64,000 bases of DNA from a virus. The notes beneath the pieces are model-generated. The model did not search any database, had not been told where the DNA came from, and saw nothing but the letters and a program-made list of their open reading frames with translations. Below, piece after piece: positions 1 to 8,068 of this stretch. A program made the translations under genes and the position numbers. The stretch covers positions 4,127-68,126 of IMG/VR virus record IMGVR_UViG_3300025697_000021; one strand, written 5' to 3'. The first letter of the stretch is position 1, and the number at the start of each line of letters is the position of its first letter.

Positions 1-40
1 AATGAGAAGGTATTTCCAATAAAATTCATTTTATTTCTCC

Positions 41-253
41 TTAGTTGATTAGGTTTCCGAAAGTGTCTCTTCCCCAATCTAGTAGGGGATTCCAGTCTTT
101 AGGGAATAGTTCTTGAACTATTCCCAGGTGCGTTGCTACTGTGTAAACTGAGTACAGGCACATAAATACGCACATATACTTGAGAAACTTACCCATATCT
201 GAGCCTACACTCAATGCAAAGAAAGCAATTGTACAGAGTATCGCGAATGTCAT
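41..253 (-). CDS. small membrane protein (70 aa)
   Basis: Start moved to ATG 253 (MTFAILC), preceded by SD AAGGAGG; two hydrophobic segments. Confidence 0.65.
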   Translation of the reverse strand: MTFAILCTIAFFALSVGSDMGKFLKYMCVFMCLYSVYTVATHLGIVQELFPKDWNPLLDWGRDTFGNLIN

Positions 254-267
254 TCTAATCCTCCTTA

Positions 268-465
268 TTAACAGGTTCTTCTTGGTGAAACCGCTGCCCA
301 GATTACTAAGGCGAACCAGACAAGGCCCGTCCAACCAAAGAACAGATTGAGGAAGAAGATAAGGCCTGCGTTCTCCTTACCTTGAGCAACGTGAGCTGGG
401 AGGAAGTAAAGCCAGATACCTAGAAGTGTAAATAATAGAAGTGTAAATCCTGATAACATTTTCAT
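268..465 (-). CDS. superinfection immunity protein (T4 Imm-like, Imm_superinfect family)
   Basis: LYFLPAHVA...IFFLNLFFGWTGLVWFALVIWA matches the family pattern YFLP-x-IA...IF-x-LN-x-FLGWT-x-IGW-xx-AL-x-WA; SD AAGGAG; own promoter. Confidence 0.85.
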   Translation of the reverse strand: MKMLSGFTLLLFTLLGIWLYFLPAHVAQGKENAGLIFFLNLFFGWTGLVWFALVIWAAVSPRRTC

Positions 466-484
466 TCTCCTTTTAGTTCGTTTA

Positions 485-524
485 TTTGTTCTGCGTCCTA
501 TCTATAATAATAGGGCTTCTAGTT
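485..524. repeat. 40-bp dispersed repeat, copy 1 (identical to 61088..61127)
   Basis: tttgttctgcgtcctatctataataatagggcttctagtt read at both positions; covers promoter spacer, -10 and 5' leader. Confidence 0.95.
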
Positions 525-535
525 CTGGATGTCAA
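507..535 (-). promoter_or_regulatory. sigma70-type promoter
   Basis: TTGACA-N17-TATTAT; the TGA in the -35 box is the stop codon of the upstream gene. Confidence 0.85.
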
Positions 536-1221
536 TAGATACTTGCAATGTTTTTAAACTTAGCATGAGTAACGATTGTCACCTGCTCTTCGATGCTCTG
601 GATCTTCCCCCGTAGGTTTGCTGCAAACCCTTGTGTAGCCAGCGGAATAGACCAGTCTAGATCCCTTCCGATAGTATTGAGCCAAGTCAGAGATACTAGC
701 GACTCCTCGGAAGTTTTAAACCAGACTCTTTCGTTCTGGTCATTGATACACATGAAGCAGAAGTCCTGTGCTCCTGAGTTCCTGTTGTCCCGGCTCTGTA
801 CACTCATTATCTGGAACCTACCCATATCAATCATAGCTCCCATAGGACCGGGGTACCCCGTGATGGGCTTCTTCCTAGGCATACTGAGAGGCATTCTACA
901 AACTAGCTCCTTTTCATAAGTGGCTACCAGTACTCCACATGAGCACCTATGAAAGCCGCCATGAAGATCCTCTATAGGTATTCGTACGCTACAATTTGGG
1001 CAAGAAACACCTAAGGTGTTAGATACTCTTCGTTTAGGGTTTATGAAAGAAGGTCGAGTCTTGGTTATTAGATAATCTGCTAGGCAGAGCGTTTCTCTGA
1101 AATAGAGTACTTCGTCATGCATCGAAAACACTAAAGAGCATTCACAAGTAGCTATATTGTGAAGAGGCTCGAATTCAGGAACATCTCTCCCACAAAGTGG
1201 ACACTTTGTTTGGTTAGTCAT
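532..1221 (-). CDS. hypothetical protein with two zinc-ribbon motifs
   Basis: CPLCG...CEC and CPNCS...CSCG; SD AGGAG. Confidence 0.7.
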   Translation of the reverse strand: MTNQTKCPLCGRDVPEFEPLHNIATCECSLVFSMHDEVLYFRETLCLADYLITKTRPSFINPKRRVSNTLGVSCPNCSVRIPIEDLHGGFHRCSCGVLVATYEKELVCRMPLSMPRKKPITGYPGPMGAMIDMGRFQIMSVQSRDNRNSGAQDFCFMCINDQNERVWFKTSEESLVSLTWLNTIGRDLDWSIPLATQGFAANLRGKIQSIEEQVTIVTHAKFKNIASIY

Positions 1222-1235
1222 TGGGGTCTCCTGGA

Positions 1236-1412
1236 TTATTTGAGTCGTTTATTGAACTTGGTGATCTCGAAGGGGACGGTCAAATCTGGGTTCTGTCTAG
1301 CATGTGCTCTATCGCATCTCTCACATACCCAATGGCATTCCTTTTTACGCCACGCTCGAATATAGACTAGGTGTTTTACGATTGCGCCACATTTCATACA
1401 TGTCTCTTTCAT
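1236..1412 (-). CDS. small zinc-finger protein (58 aa, below ORF-track cutoff)
   Basis: Hand translation MKETCMKCGAIV...WVCERCDRAH; SD AAGGAG; promoter upstream. Confidence 0.65.
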   Translation of the reverse strand: MKETCMKCGAIVKHLVYIRAWRKKECHWVCERCDRAHARQNPDLTVPFEITKFNKRLK

Positions 1413-1448
1413 TTTTAACTCCTTAGTTAAAATGGGTTACTTACTTAG

Positions 1449-1477
1449 ACCTTAGCAGGTCGATAACTGGCTGTCAA
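1449..1477 (-). promoter_or_regulatory. sigma70-type promoter
   Basis: TTGACA-N17-TAAGGT. Confidence 0.65.
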
Positions 1478-1480
1478 CAT

Positions 1481-1675
1481 TTATCTCCTTTTTCCAAAAG
1501 ATGCTAACTCACCTTCTAGTTCTTTAACTTGTTTCCAGCATAGAGCATCAGTATGTTCAAGTTTGAACAGTTTCTCTTCTGCTACTCTTAGGTCTTTACT
1601 ACTGAAGTTTGCAGCTATCATCAGTAGTCCTACTATAATTACTAGAACGGTTATTACTTTATCTTTCGTATACAT
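1481..1675 (-). CDS. small membrane-anchored protein
   Basis: N-terminal TM segment; SD AAGGAG. Confidence 0.65.
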   Translation of the reverse strand: MYTKDKVITVLVIIVGLLMIAANFSSKDLRVAEEKLFKLEHTDALCWKQVKELEGELASFGKRR

Positions 1676-1726
1676 CTTATCTCCTTAGCTTAGACTCAGG
1701 TAAGCCAAATGCCTCCCGATACGAGT

Positions 1727-1755
1727 AAGATAGCACTTACCCAGTAGATTGTCAA
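1727..1755 (-). promoter_or_regulatory. sigma70-type promoter
   Basis: TTGACA-N17-TATCTT. Confidence 0.75.
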
Positions 1756-1793
1756 GAGGCCAATCAGCTTTAAGAACACTATGAAGTCGCGCA

Positions 1794-2033
1794 TTACTCG
1801 TCGTCATCCTCTCCTGGTGTGTCGCTGAAATGGTTGGCTACTGCGAAGATTGTTGTGAAGATGCCCAGAAGCATCCAGAACCAATTACAAATCTTACCAC
1901 TTACCGTATTCGGAGCCAGCTGCCCCAATGCTACAGAACCGATAATCCAAGAAAAGACACAAACCATCTCCCCGTACCGACCAAAGTAGTCTGGAGCAAA
2001 GTAGCAAACAGCAATCAAAAGAATGAGAGGCAT
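1794..2033 (-). CDS. membrane protein
   Basis: Likely start MPLILL with SD AAGGA; three hydrophobic segments and an acidic tail. Confidence 0.6.
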   Translation of the reverse strand: MPLILLIAVCYFAPDYFGRYGEMVCVFSWIIGSVALGQLAPNTVSGKICNWFWMLLGIFTTIFAVANHFSDTPGEDDDE

Positions 2034-2083
2034 GATAAATCCTTTTCGTTTTCGGGGAGGGTCCATTCCCTCTTCCTATATAT

Positions 2084-2111
2084 AATTTAACACACCTAGC
2101 CGGTGTGTCAA
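2084..2111 (-). promoter_or_regulatory. sigma70-type promoter
   Basis: TTGACA-N16-TAAATT. Confidence 0.7.
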
Positions 2112-2155
2112 GTCATCCATCAATTTTAATAAGTTTTTATAAAGAAGCGTAGGCA

Positions 2156-2188
2156 GCCCACCTAGCAGCTCTTAGGAGCTAGGTGGGC
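2156..2188 (-). terminator. strong hairpin, possible terminator or RNA structure
   Basis: Perfect 11-bp inverted repeat GCCCACCTAGC-N11-GCTAGGTGGGC in a ~230-bp intergenic gap; TTCTTT follows after a short gap on the minus strand. Confidence 0.5.
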
Positions 2189-2344
2189 GCTACTATATAA
2201 ACCCCAGGGACGAGCCCAGAGGAGTTATCTAGAAGCTGTAGTTCAGTATAAGGAAGAGGATGATCAGCTGAATGGGGATAATTACGGAGAAGCGGGCTAT
2301 AATACTGTTTACGGCAATCCTAGACGTTATCCATTGTGTCATTT

Positions 2345-2977
2345 TTAAAATTCTCCTCGGGCCTTTAAGTCCTTAAGTACGCGTTCTGCAAAGGTTTTTT
2401 CAAATTCTTCCCCAACTAAAAGCATAATGTCTGTATCTGAAAAGCCTTGGAATACGAGGTTCTGGACGAGTCTTTTGATTTCTGTGTACCCTTTTTGAGG
2501 ATTCTGCTCAAACTCCGGAAAATCAACCTTAAGATCAAGGTTAGAGGTGTCGAAAGAGGTGTCTAAGGGGTTGCTAGCTGTATGATTTTGTTGAGTAATT
2601 TCGAAAGGAGCAATAGGGTTGATATTAGCGTCAGAAATCAAGCCTAGGCTTGATTTCTTGCGGGTGAAGCTTGAATGTACTTTTGCAACGACTGCATTAG
2701 GGTCAGGATTACTTGGGTCCAAGTTATCCTGGACGGTGAATCGATTGGATACTTCTTGATTCTCGACTGTGTTAACTCCATTTACGGGGTCTTGGCCTTC
2801 TTGAACGAGAACCATTTCCGGTTTCATTGGGTCGTTCTCTGCAACGGTAAAGGAATCGCCTTGTTCGTCATAGATTGTTTGACCTTGTTGAATACTGTTG
2901 GGGTCCATTGGGGGGGCGTTTACATCCATTTGCTGTTGGGACAGCTTATGGATTAAACTTTCTATTAGATCGTTCAT
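2345..2977 (-). CDS. hypothetical acidic protein, possibly virion-associated
   Basis: 210 aa; preceded by the AAAGRA-N17-TATAAT element and no SD; composition resembles the 16-25 kb cluster. Confidence 0.7.
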   Translation of the reverse strand: MNDLIESLIHKLSQQQMDVNAPPMDPNSIQQGQTIYDEQGDSFTVAENDPMKPEMVLVQEGQDPVNGVNTVENQEVSNRFTVQDNLDPSNPDPNAVVAKVHSSFTRKKSSLGLISDANINPIAPFEITQQNHTASNPLDTSFDTSNLDLKVDFPEFEQNPQKGYTEIKRLVQNLVFQGFSDTDIMLLVGEEFEKTFAERVLKDLKARGEF

Positions 2978-2984
2978 GTTTATA

Positions 2985-3013
2985 ATTATAATACAGAAAG
3001 GTTAGGATTCTTT
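2985..3013 (-). promoter_or_regulatory. candidate late promoter (class II)
   Basis: AAAGAA-N17-TATAAT, 7 nt before ATG; same architecture at 23176 and 25724. Confidence 0.55.
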
Positions 3014-3058
3014 AAAGGAGGGGAATTAGTCTTCCTCTTCCCCTTATTATGCGATTCA

Positions 3059-3364
3059 TCAGCGGTTCTTTAGAACTGGGTTCTTCCCGGTTAGGCCCTT
3101 AAGAAGCTTGTTGATCGCTGCTAGAGGATCGTCTGGTAGAGGCGCTGGTGGTGCACCGGGCTCTTCCCAAGGCCACTCCTGCTTATCAGCCATTTCTTTC
3201 ATTTGAGTAGTGAACTCATCGGTATCTCTAGGACCTCCGTCAGCTACATAGAGCTGGGTATCCCGGTCCAGGTAGTCCCGAGTGAATATAAAGCCTTCTC
3301 TAACTCGCTCCACTATAGTAATAGGGTCTACCTCTGAAGATAGGTTCTTTACATAGTAGCTCAT
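3059..3364 (-). CDS. hypothetical protein
   Basis: Start MSYYVK overlaps the upstream stop (ATGA). Confidence 0.65.
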   Translation of the reverse strand: MSYYVKNLSSEVDPITIVERVREGFIFTRDYLDRDTQLYVADGGPRDTDEFTTQMKEMADKQEWPWEEPGAPPAPLPDDPLAAINKLLKGLTGKNPVLKNR

Positions 3365-3486
3365 ATATTCCAAGGATCTATAATACAGATGTCCGGATAG
3401 CTGATGGTCTTATCAAAGCTATAGATTTCCGTGAAGACCTCTTGGCCGTCTTCGATAGTTACTTTGAATACTTTTCCTGTTGTCAT
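3361..3486 (-). CDS. small hypothetical protein (41 aa)
   Basis: Hand translation MTTGKVFKVTIEDGQEVF...; fills the gap; ATGA coupling to the next gene. Confidence 0.55.
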   Translation of the reverse strand: MTTGKVFKVTIEDGQEVFTEIYSFDKTISYPDICIIDPWNI

Positions 3487-3492
3487 TGCGTC

Positions 3493-3678
3493 CTATTCCT
3501 CTCCTAAATCCACCCATTCCAGGGTGTCATCAATTATGCGCCCTTTATAGTCTAGGTACTCATCTTCCAGTTCCGCGTCGGGAACTCCTTGAATAGTATC
3601 CAGGCTAATCACCAGGCAGTTGTACCTTTTTCTCAAGACGTCTCGGGCTTCTCGCACAAGTTTCTTTCTAACCGACAT
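3493..3678 (-). CDS. hypothetical protein
   Basis: Likely start MSVRKK; acidic C-terminus. Confidence 0.55.
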   Translation of the reverse strand: MSVRKKLVREARDVLRKRYNCLVISLDTIQGVPDAELEDEYLDYKGRIIDDTLEWVDLGEE

Positions 3679-3862
3679 CAATAAGCCCCATAATAAGAGC
3701 TTCTTCAGCCCCAAACACAGTGTGGTCGCCACAGACATGGCACTCATACTCTTCGGCATCCGGCTCACAGCTATCCGTTGTGAACTCTTGACACGATGTG
3801 CACCATCCCATGTAGTCATATACTGCGTCCTGATACTCACCCACTGTCATTTTATTACTCAT
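3668..3862 (-). CDS. small zinc-ribbon protein
   Basis: GWCTSCQE...CEPDAEEYECHVCG...VFGAEE; SD AAGGAG before MSNKMT. Confidence 0.7.
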   Translation of the reverse strand: MSNKMTVGEYQDAVYDYMGWCTSCQEFTTDSCEPDAEEYECHVCGDHTVFGAEEALIMGLIDVG

Positions 3863-3896
3863 TTTGGAAGCTCCTTTTTGTTTGTACCTACTTAAT

Positions 3897-3925
3897 ATAT
3901 TAGGACATGCAGCCGAGCTTGTCAA
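3897..3925 (-). promoter_or_regulatory. sigma70-type promoter
   Basis: TTGACA-N17-TAATAT. Confidence 0.75.
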
Positions 3926-3933
3926 GATCTTTA

Positions 3934-4134
3934 TCATCTTTTTTTCAAAAGCTCCCTAATAGTATGAGCCTCAAAGTCAATAAAACCTCCAGGCTGTTCG
4001 ACACTTTTCCGATTGCCCCCAACCTCAAAACTAATCGTCAAATCGTGGTACTGCTCCATGACCTCAATACTACCTTTATGTTTTTCCAGAAGAGTGGCTA
4101 GATCCTCCAAAAATGCTTTTAATTCTTTAGTCAT
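3934..4134 (-). CDS. hypothetical protein (paralog family FLxxLAxLLEKY)
   Basis: Similar to 38506..38703 and 9434..9721. Confidence 0.65.
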   Translation of the reverse strand: MTKELKAFLEDLATLLEKHKGSIEVMEQYHDLTISFEVGGNRKSVEQPGGFIDFEAHTIRELLKKR

Positions 4135-4162
4135 TTATCTTTATTCCTCAGTACTTCAGGTG

Positions 4163-4321
4163 TCACAGGGTATCCAGTGTTGAAGCCTCCCGTGCTACCT
4201 CCTTGCGTAACTCCTCTATAGTGTCGGCAGCATTCTTCGGTTCAGAAGTTGCATGCCCCCAAAGCCATAGAAAACTGACAACCCATAGAACACTAAGTAT
4301 TATTGGTAGTATTACGTTCAT
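4163..4321 (-). CDS. small membrane protein (52 aa)
   Basis: Hand translation MNVILPIILSVLWVVSFLWLWG...; ATGA overlap with upstream gene. Confidence 0.55.
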   Translation of the reverse strand: MNVILPIILSVLWVVSFLWLWGHATSEPKNAADTIEELRKEVAREASTLDTL

Positions 4322-4830
4322 TCTTTTACTCCTGTAGAGTCTTTACAACCATTCTCGCATTCAAATGCGAAAGGTGATTGATATGCATTAGATCCGCATT
4401 CAGCACATTTACAATTCCACATTGATGTTCCTTCTGGGTTGGGCAGCTTCTTTACAGTGTATACAATACGGCGCGTGGGGGCTGGATGAGTGCTCCGGGA
4501 GTACGCCTTAACTGCCTCGGTAAAGTCAATCTCGGAGAAGTACAGATTTCCTTTATCCCCTTGAATAGACGTCCAGGCACTAGTAAAGATGCTGAGGGGG
4601 TTTATTTGCAGTCTACTAGGCCCCAAATCTATAGCTAGTGTGCCATCCTTACATACCAGTGCAGTTGAGGTACTACCTAGATAATCAGCATCATCATCTT
4701 TAATCTCCGACCAATCCCCCCAGGTAACAGCGCCATGCGTCTGAGCCTTTATAGTCTTTAGGACACGAGTTAATCGGACTTTGTCAAGTACGCCATGGTT
4801 ATCTATCTTCAGTGCAAATATGTCAGTCAT
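4318..4830 (-). CDS. hypothetical protein with C-terminal zinc ribbon
   Basis: CAECGSNA...FECENGC. Confidence 0.65.
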   Translation of the reverse strand: MTDIFALKIDNHGVLDKVRLTRVLKTIKAQTHGAVTWGDWSEIKDDDADYLGSTSTALVCKDGTLAIDLGPSRLQINPLSIFTSAWTSIQGDKGNLYFSEIDFTEAVKAYSRSTHPAPTRRIVYTVKKLPNPEGTSMWNCKCAECGSNAYQSPFAFECENGCKDSTGVKE

Positions 4831-5050
4831 TGGGATCCTCCTTCTGCAGTAACTCTTCGCGCAGGTCTTCTACCTCAGCATATGCGTCGTCTACCTCTTT
4901 CATGAGAGACTCTATAGCATCTTCCTTACTTTCCAACTCCTCGTATAGCTCCCCTATCTTAGCGCGGAGTATCTTGTTTAGCTCTTGCAAGTTATCTACT
5001 AGTCTATTGAAGTTATCGAGTTCCTCTCTGTGATGTATCAGTGCATCCAT
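4823..5050 (-). CDS. coiled-coil hypothetical protein
   Basis: Heptad L/E-rich pattern; SD GGAGG. Confidence 0.65.
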   Translation of the reverse strand: MDALIHHREELDNFNRLVDNLQELNKILRAKIGELYEELESKEDAIESLMKEVDDAYAEVEDLREELLQKEDPND

Positions 5051-5147
5051 TGTTATTCCTCCCTATATAGGTTATTATCTCCCTTAAGTCTCTCGATCTT
5101 ATCATCCATCGTTCGGATCATCCTAGCCTCAAGTATTTCTACAGCAA

Positions 5148-5366
5148 TCATTCTTCATCTCCCTTACCCTTATATTGGAAGGCCAACTCTTCCAAGCTTA
5201 TCCTCTCCCCATCTCTATCCATGAGGAGGCACATTCCATCGCGCATGTCTATTCGTATCGTGACATACTTACACTTAGTATTCCGGGACCAGCGCCACTT
5301 AGGGTTGCACAGCGCATGCTTAACACCTTCCCAAACTGAATAGGAGGATTCCCATAGTTCTTCCAT
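5148..5366 (-). CDS. hypothetical protein
   Basis: TAATG coupling; CKYVTIRIDMRDG motif. Confidence 0.6.
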   Translation of the reverse strand: MEELWESSYSVWEGVKHALCNPKWRWSRNTKCKYVTIRIDMRDGMCLLMDRDGERISLEELAFQYKGKGDEE

Positions 5367-5680
5367 TACTCTTGCTCCTCAAACTCTGGGCAGCAACCGT
5401 ACTGCCTATTTATTCTATGCTTCCTAAAGGAGCAGAACTTAGCTTCGCAAAACTTGCAATCCATACAGAGGTCTGCATTGTCATTGGATTCCACGTATAA
5501 GGAATTAGTAACCAAAGGCTTCTTATTGATCTGATGGTCTACCCGGAAGATGCTCTCTTCCATAAGATTGATCTGCTTGCCGAGCTTTACGGAGTTGATG
5601 CTCTGACCCTTCTGATCAGCACTAATCAATCGGTGAAGAATGTCTACCAGTTCGGTCTTGTAGGCTACCAAATCATTCAT
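5366..5680 (-). CDS. hypothetical protein with Cys-rich C-terminus
   Basis: CMDCKFC...C...CCPEF; SD GGGAG; promoter upstream. Confidence 0.65.
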   Translation of the reverse strand: MNDLVAYKTELVDILHRLISADQKGQSINSVKLGKQINLMEESIFRVDHQINKKPLVTNSLYVESNDNADLCMDCKFCEAKFCSFRKHRINRQYGCCPEFEEQE

Positions 5681-5721
5681 TTTGTTTCTCCCTTGTTAGT
5701 TGTTTCGTTCTGCCTATAACT

Positions 5722-5749
5722 AATCTAACACAGTGAACTCAGATGTCAA
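5722..5749 (-). promoter_or_regulatory. sigma70-type promoter
   Basis: TTGACA-N16-TAGATT; shares 18 bp (5734..5751) with the promoter at 7748..7765. Confidence 0.7.
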
Positions 5750-6101
5750 CCCAACCCATCTCTAAAGCTAAAGATCGAATGAGAATACGCCTGCCTACGG
5801 TTCTAGCAGCCATCATCCCCTTCAGCATGCCCTTAGAAATGCCTCGGTCAATGTATACGACGGTGTAGTCTAGCTTCTCCTCAACAGCACAGCCCATCTC
5901 AATACCTAGCTTACGCTCCTCTGGGTCGCTATCGTCCAGAACTCCTGGCTGAGTATAGAGCAAGTGACTGGCGAACGGGGCTTCCCCACGTAAGATACAA
6001 TCTCTCATACACTTTCTACCGTATTCAACGTTCTCTTCAATTACCTTAGGATCATCAGATCCATAGGGGCTCTCTAATGCTACCAACTTAAATCTGCTCA
6101 T
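5739..6101 (-). CDS. nucleoside deoxyribosyltransferase-like Rossmannoid protein (DUF7768/DUF4406-like)
   Basis: ESPY...ENVEYGRKC...GEAPFASHLLYTQ..VLDD..PEERKLGIE...GISKGM pattern. Confidence 0.75.
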   Translation of the reverse strand: MSRFKLVALESPYGSDDPKVIEENVEYGRKCMRDCILRGEAPFASHLLYTQPGVLDDSDPEERKLGIEMGCAVEEKLDYTVVYIDRGISKGMLKGMMAARTVGRRILIRSLALEMGWVDI

Positions 6102-6114
6102 ATCTTAAAGCTCC

Positions 6115-6489
6115 TCACCCAATCAAGACCAATTGTTTTTTCATAAACTCTGCATACTCTTTGTCCGCTGCAGACTTATCCAGGAGTTCTTCAATCCATT
6201 CATAAGTAAACCCGTCATCCAGCTCACCATCTTCATTTCTAACAATAACCGTTCCGTGGTTGTTAGGTAGGATTTCATCTTCAAACCAAGACCTATTAGC
6301 CGGAACGGCCAAATCGAAGTCCCTACTCATTGAAAGGTGAGTAACCTCCTCATAGCAGTTCATATCCAGGTTATCATCTACCCACTCCTCAATATCTCCC
6401 TCTACTTTACTGGGAGTCTCATCGTTAGGCACCACTGCATACCCAGTAAATTCTTGATTAATGGTTCTTGTGAATTTGATTAGCTTCAT
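6115..6489 (-). CDS. hypothetical acidic protein
   Basis: TGATG coupling; 124 aa. Confidence 0.65.
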   Translation of the reverse strand: MKLIKFTRTINQEFTGYAVVPNDETPSKVEGDIEEWVDDNLDMNCYEEVTHLSMSRDFDLAVPANRSWFEDEILPNNHGTVIVRNEDGELDDGFTYEWIEELLDKSAADKEYAEFMKKQLVLIG

Positions 6490-7490
6490 CAGTATTTCTC
6501 CCTGTGCAAGTGGTGCTCCATTTCTTGGATAACAAATTCTTCAATTTTTGCGTAATCAGCAGTTGCGGGCAAACTTGATTTCATAAGCAGCACGTCCAAC
6601 TGACCCTCTAGATCTTCAGAGTACTCTATGATCTCCTCAATTGTCAAGCTACCATTTCGAATATCTAGCAATTCTTGTGCATTATGCAACGGGAAGGCTA
6701 ACGCTCCGGTCTCCAGGAGAGTTACACCTTCCGTTAGCAGCCTGATCAAATGCATACCAAACTTACGATCGAATCCATATTTCATGATAAGATCCTTACG
6801 ATTAGTGACCTTATCCAATCTATCCTTAAGTTTCTTTCGTGCCTTCTTTACGTAGATCCCCGGCTCAAAGCAAATATCCCCAATATGAATATGGGAAGTC
6901 TTCTTAAGAAAAAGAGGTAGCGTCTTTGGTTGAAGGCTAAAGGTATTCTCCTTCATAAAGTTATTAGGGTCCCGAATGACCTCAGCCATGCACATCTTGT
7001 CGGGTAGCTGGGTCAATAAGTCAAACCCCTTCTGAAGCTCATTGAAGTGATCTCTCTTAATAACCATCTTATGGCGCTGGCTATGAGCATATCCAATGAA
7101 CTTCTTAGCTGAGACTTTAGACGGGAAGAGATTCCTCATACTGAGGAGCCGCCTGCCTGTGAAATCAATGAACTTAATGTTCGACTCATCGACAAAGAGC
7201 ATCTCAATAATATTCGGATTGTTGGCCATAGCTAATTGGCAAAACTTCCGAAACTCGTAGAGCTTCCTATCCACAGCTTCTTTGGAATTTTTTCCGCTTT
7301 CTAACTTACTAACAATGCCCAAGTCAACTTCTTTAACAGACTTAAGGCCCAGGATGTACTCTGTGGGCGGTAGGAAGATCCCTAAGAAGTCTTCATCAGA
7401 CTCAGGCGTGGTTGTCCCATAGAGGTGACTCCCAGCGGTTATCTCGATGACCCTATTCTCTTCTGCGTAATCTCTTAGTTTATCGCTCAT
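6489..7490 (-). CDS. pol-beta-superfamily nucleotidyltransferase (RlaP/YcgL/T4 NrdC.11-like)
   Basis: GSHLYGTTTPESDEDFLGIFLP catalytic motif, NPNIIEMLF, YGFDRKFGMHLIRL, LLDIRNG. Confidence 0.85.
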   Translation of the reverse strand: MSDKLRDYAEENRVIEITAGSHLYGTTTPESDEDFLGIFLPPTEYILGLKSVKEVDLGIVSKLESGKNSKEAVDRKLYEFRKFCQLAMANNPNIIEMLFVDESNIKFIDFTGRRLLSMRNLFPSKVSAKKFIGYAHSQRHKMVIKRDHFNELQKGFDLLTQLPDKMCMAEVIRDPNNFMKENTFSLQPKTLPLFLKKTSHIHIGDICFEPGIYVKKARKKLKDRLDKVTNRKDLIMKYGFDRKFGMHLIRLLTEGVTLLETGALAFPLHNAQELLDIRNGSLTIEEIIEYSEDLEGQLDVLLMKSSLPATADYAKIEEFVIQEMEHHLHREKY

Positions 7491-7499
7491 GGTTTCTCC

Positions 7500-7715
7500 T
7501 TATAGAGATGCTAGTAGTAGTAGCTCTTCTTTGGTTGCGAATAGGTGTTCACCTTTAAATGAGGGCCCGCCTCCTCCTGATAAGTAATAGTCCCTGGTGG
7601 CCGCACCAGACACCGTATCCTGGTAGCACCTAGCCCGAACCGCCGTAGAGAGCACCTTGTTGTCCTTCATGTAAAAGACTTCCTGATTTAATTCAAATTT
7701 AAACCTAATCTCCAT
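7500..7715 (-). CDS. small SH3-like hypothetical protein
   Basis: Start MEIRFKFELNQEV with SD AGGAGG; ends LFATKEELL; similar to the N-terminus of 12063..12473. Confidence 0.65.
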   Translation of the reverse strand: MEIRFKFELNQEVFYMKDNKVLSTAVRARCYQDTVSGAATRDYYLSGGGGPSFKGEHLFATKEELLLLASL

Positions 7716-7734
7716 TTTTCTTCCTCCTGAGTCT

Positions 7735-7763
7735 AATTTAGCAACTATGAACTCAGATGTCAA
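7735..7763 (-). promoter_or_regulatory. sigma70-type promoter
   Basis: TTGACA-N17-TAAATT. Confidence 0.75.
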
Positions 7764-7779
7764 CCGGTTTCTTTTGCCC

Positions 7780-7808
7780 TTGCAAATTCTTACAATCTGA
7801 GGTATCAT
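7780..7808 (+). promoter_or_regulatory. divergent sigma70-type promoter
   Basis: TTGCAA-N17-TATCAT, followed by SD AAGGAG and ATG 7832. Confidence 0.65.
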
Positions 7809-7831
7809 TATTAATGAAGGAGATCTAAAAA

Positions 7832-8068
7832 ATGCTAATAGTTTCATTGCAGTTGCCCGAAGTACTAAAAACCGAAGAAGCCTCAATCATAAACTTTACT
7901 GAGTGGAAGGACTTCTACAAATACTATTACAAAAACTGTGAAACCGAGGAAAGGAAGTTCACAATGGTTATCTCTAATCTATCAATAAGAACCCGCACAG
8001 CGGGTTCTGTCGTTAAATGCGCTAAGGATGATGGTTATTGGATTGTGGAACTCTCGGAAAGAAACTAG
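7832..8068 (+). CDS. hypothetical protein, only credible plus-strand gene
   Basis: Own promoter and SD; occupies an otherwise empty gap; convergent stop overlap with the kinase gene. Confidence 0.65.
   Translation: MLIVSLQLPEVLKTEEASIINFTEWKDFYKYYYKNCETEERKFTMVISNLSIRTRTAGSVVKCAKDDGYWIVELSERN

Noticed and set aside
3017-3044. Purine/pyrimidine inverted repeat as an intrinsic terminator
   Set aside because: Only a 7-bp stem with a 12-nt loop and a short T-run; too weak to call
7716-7886. Long N-terminal extension of ORF 7500..7886
   Set aside because: Spans two promoters and the plus-strand gene start; a strong SD supports ATG 7715
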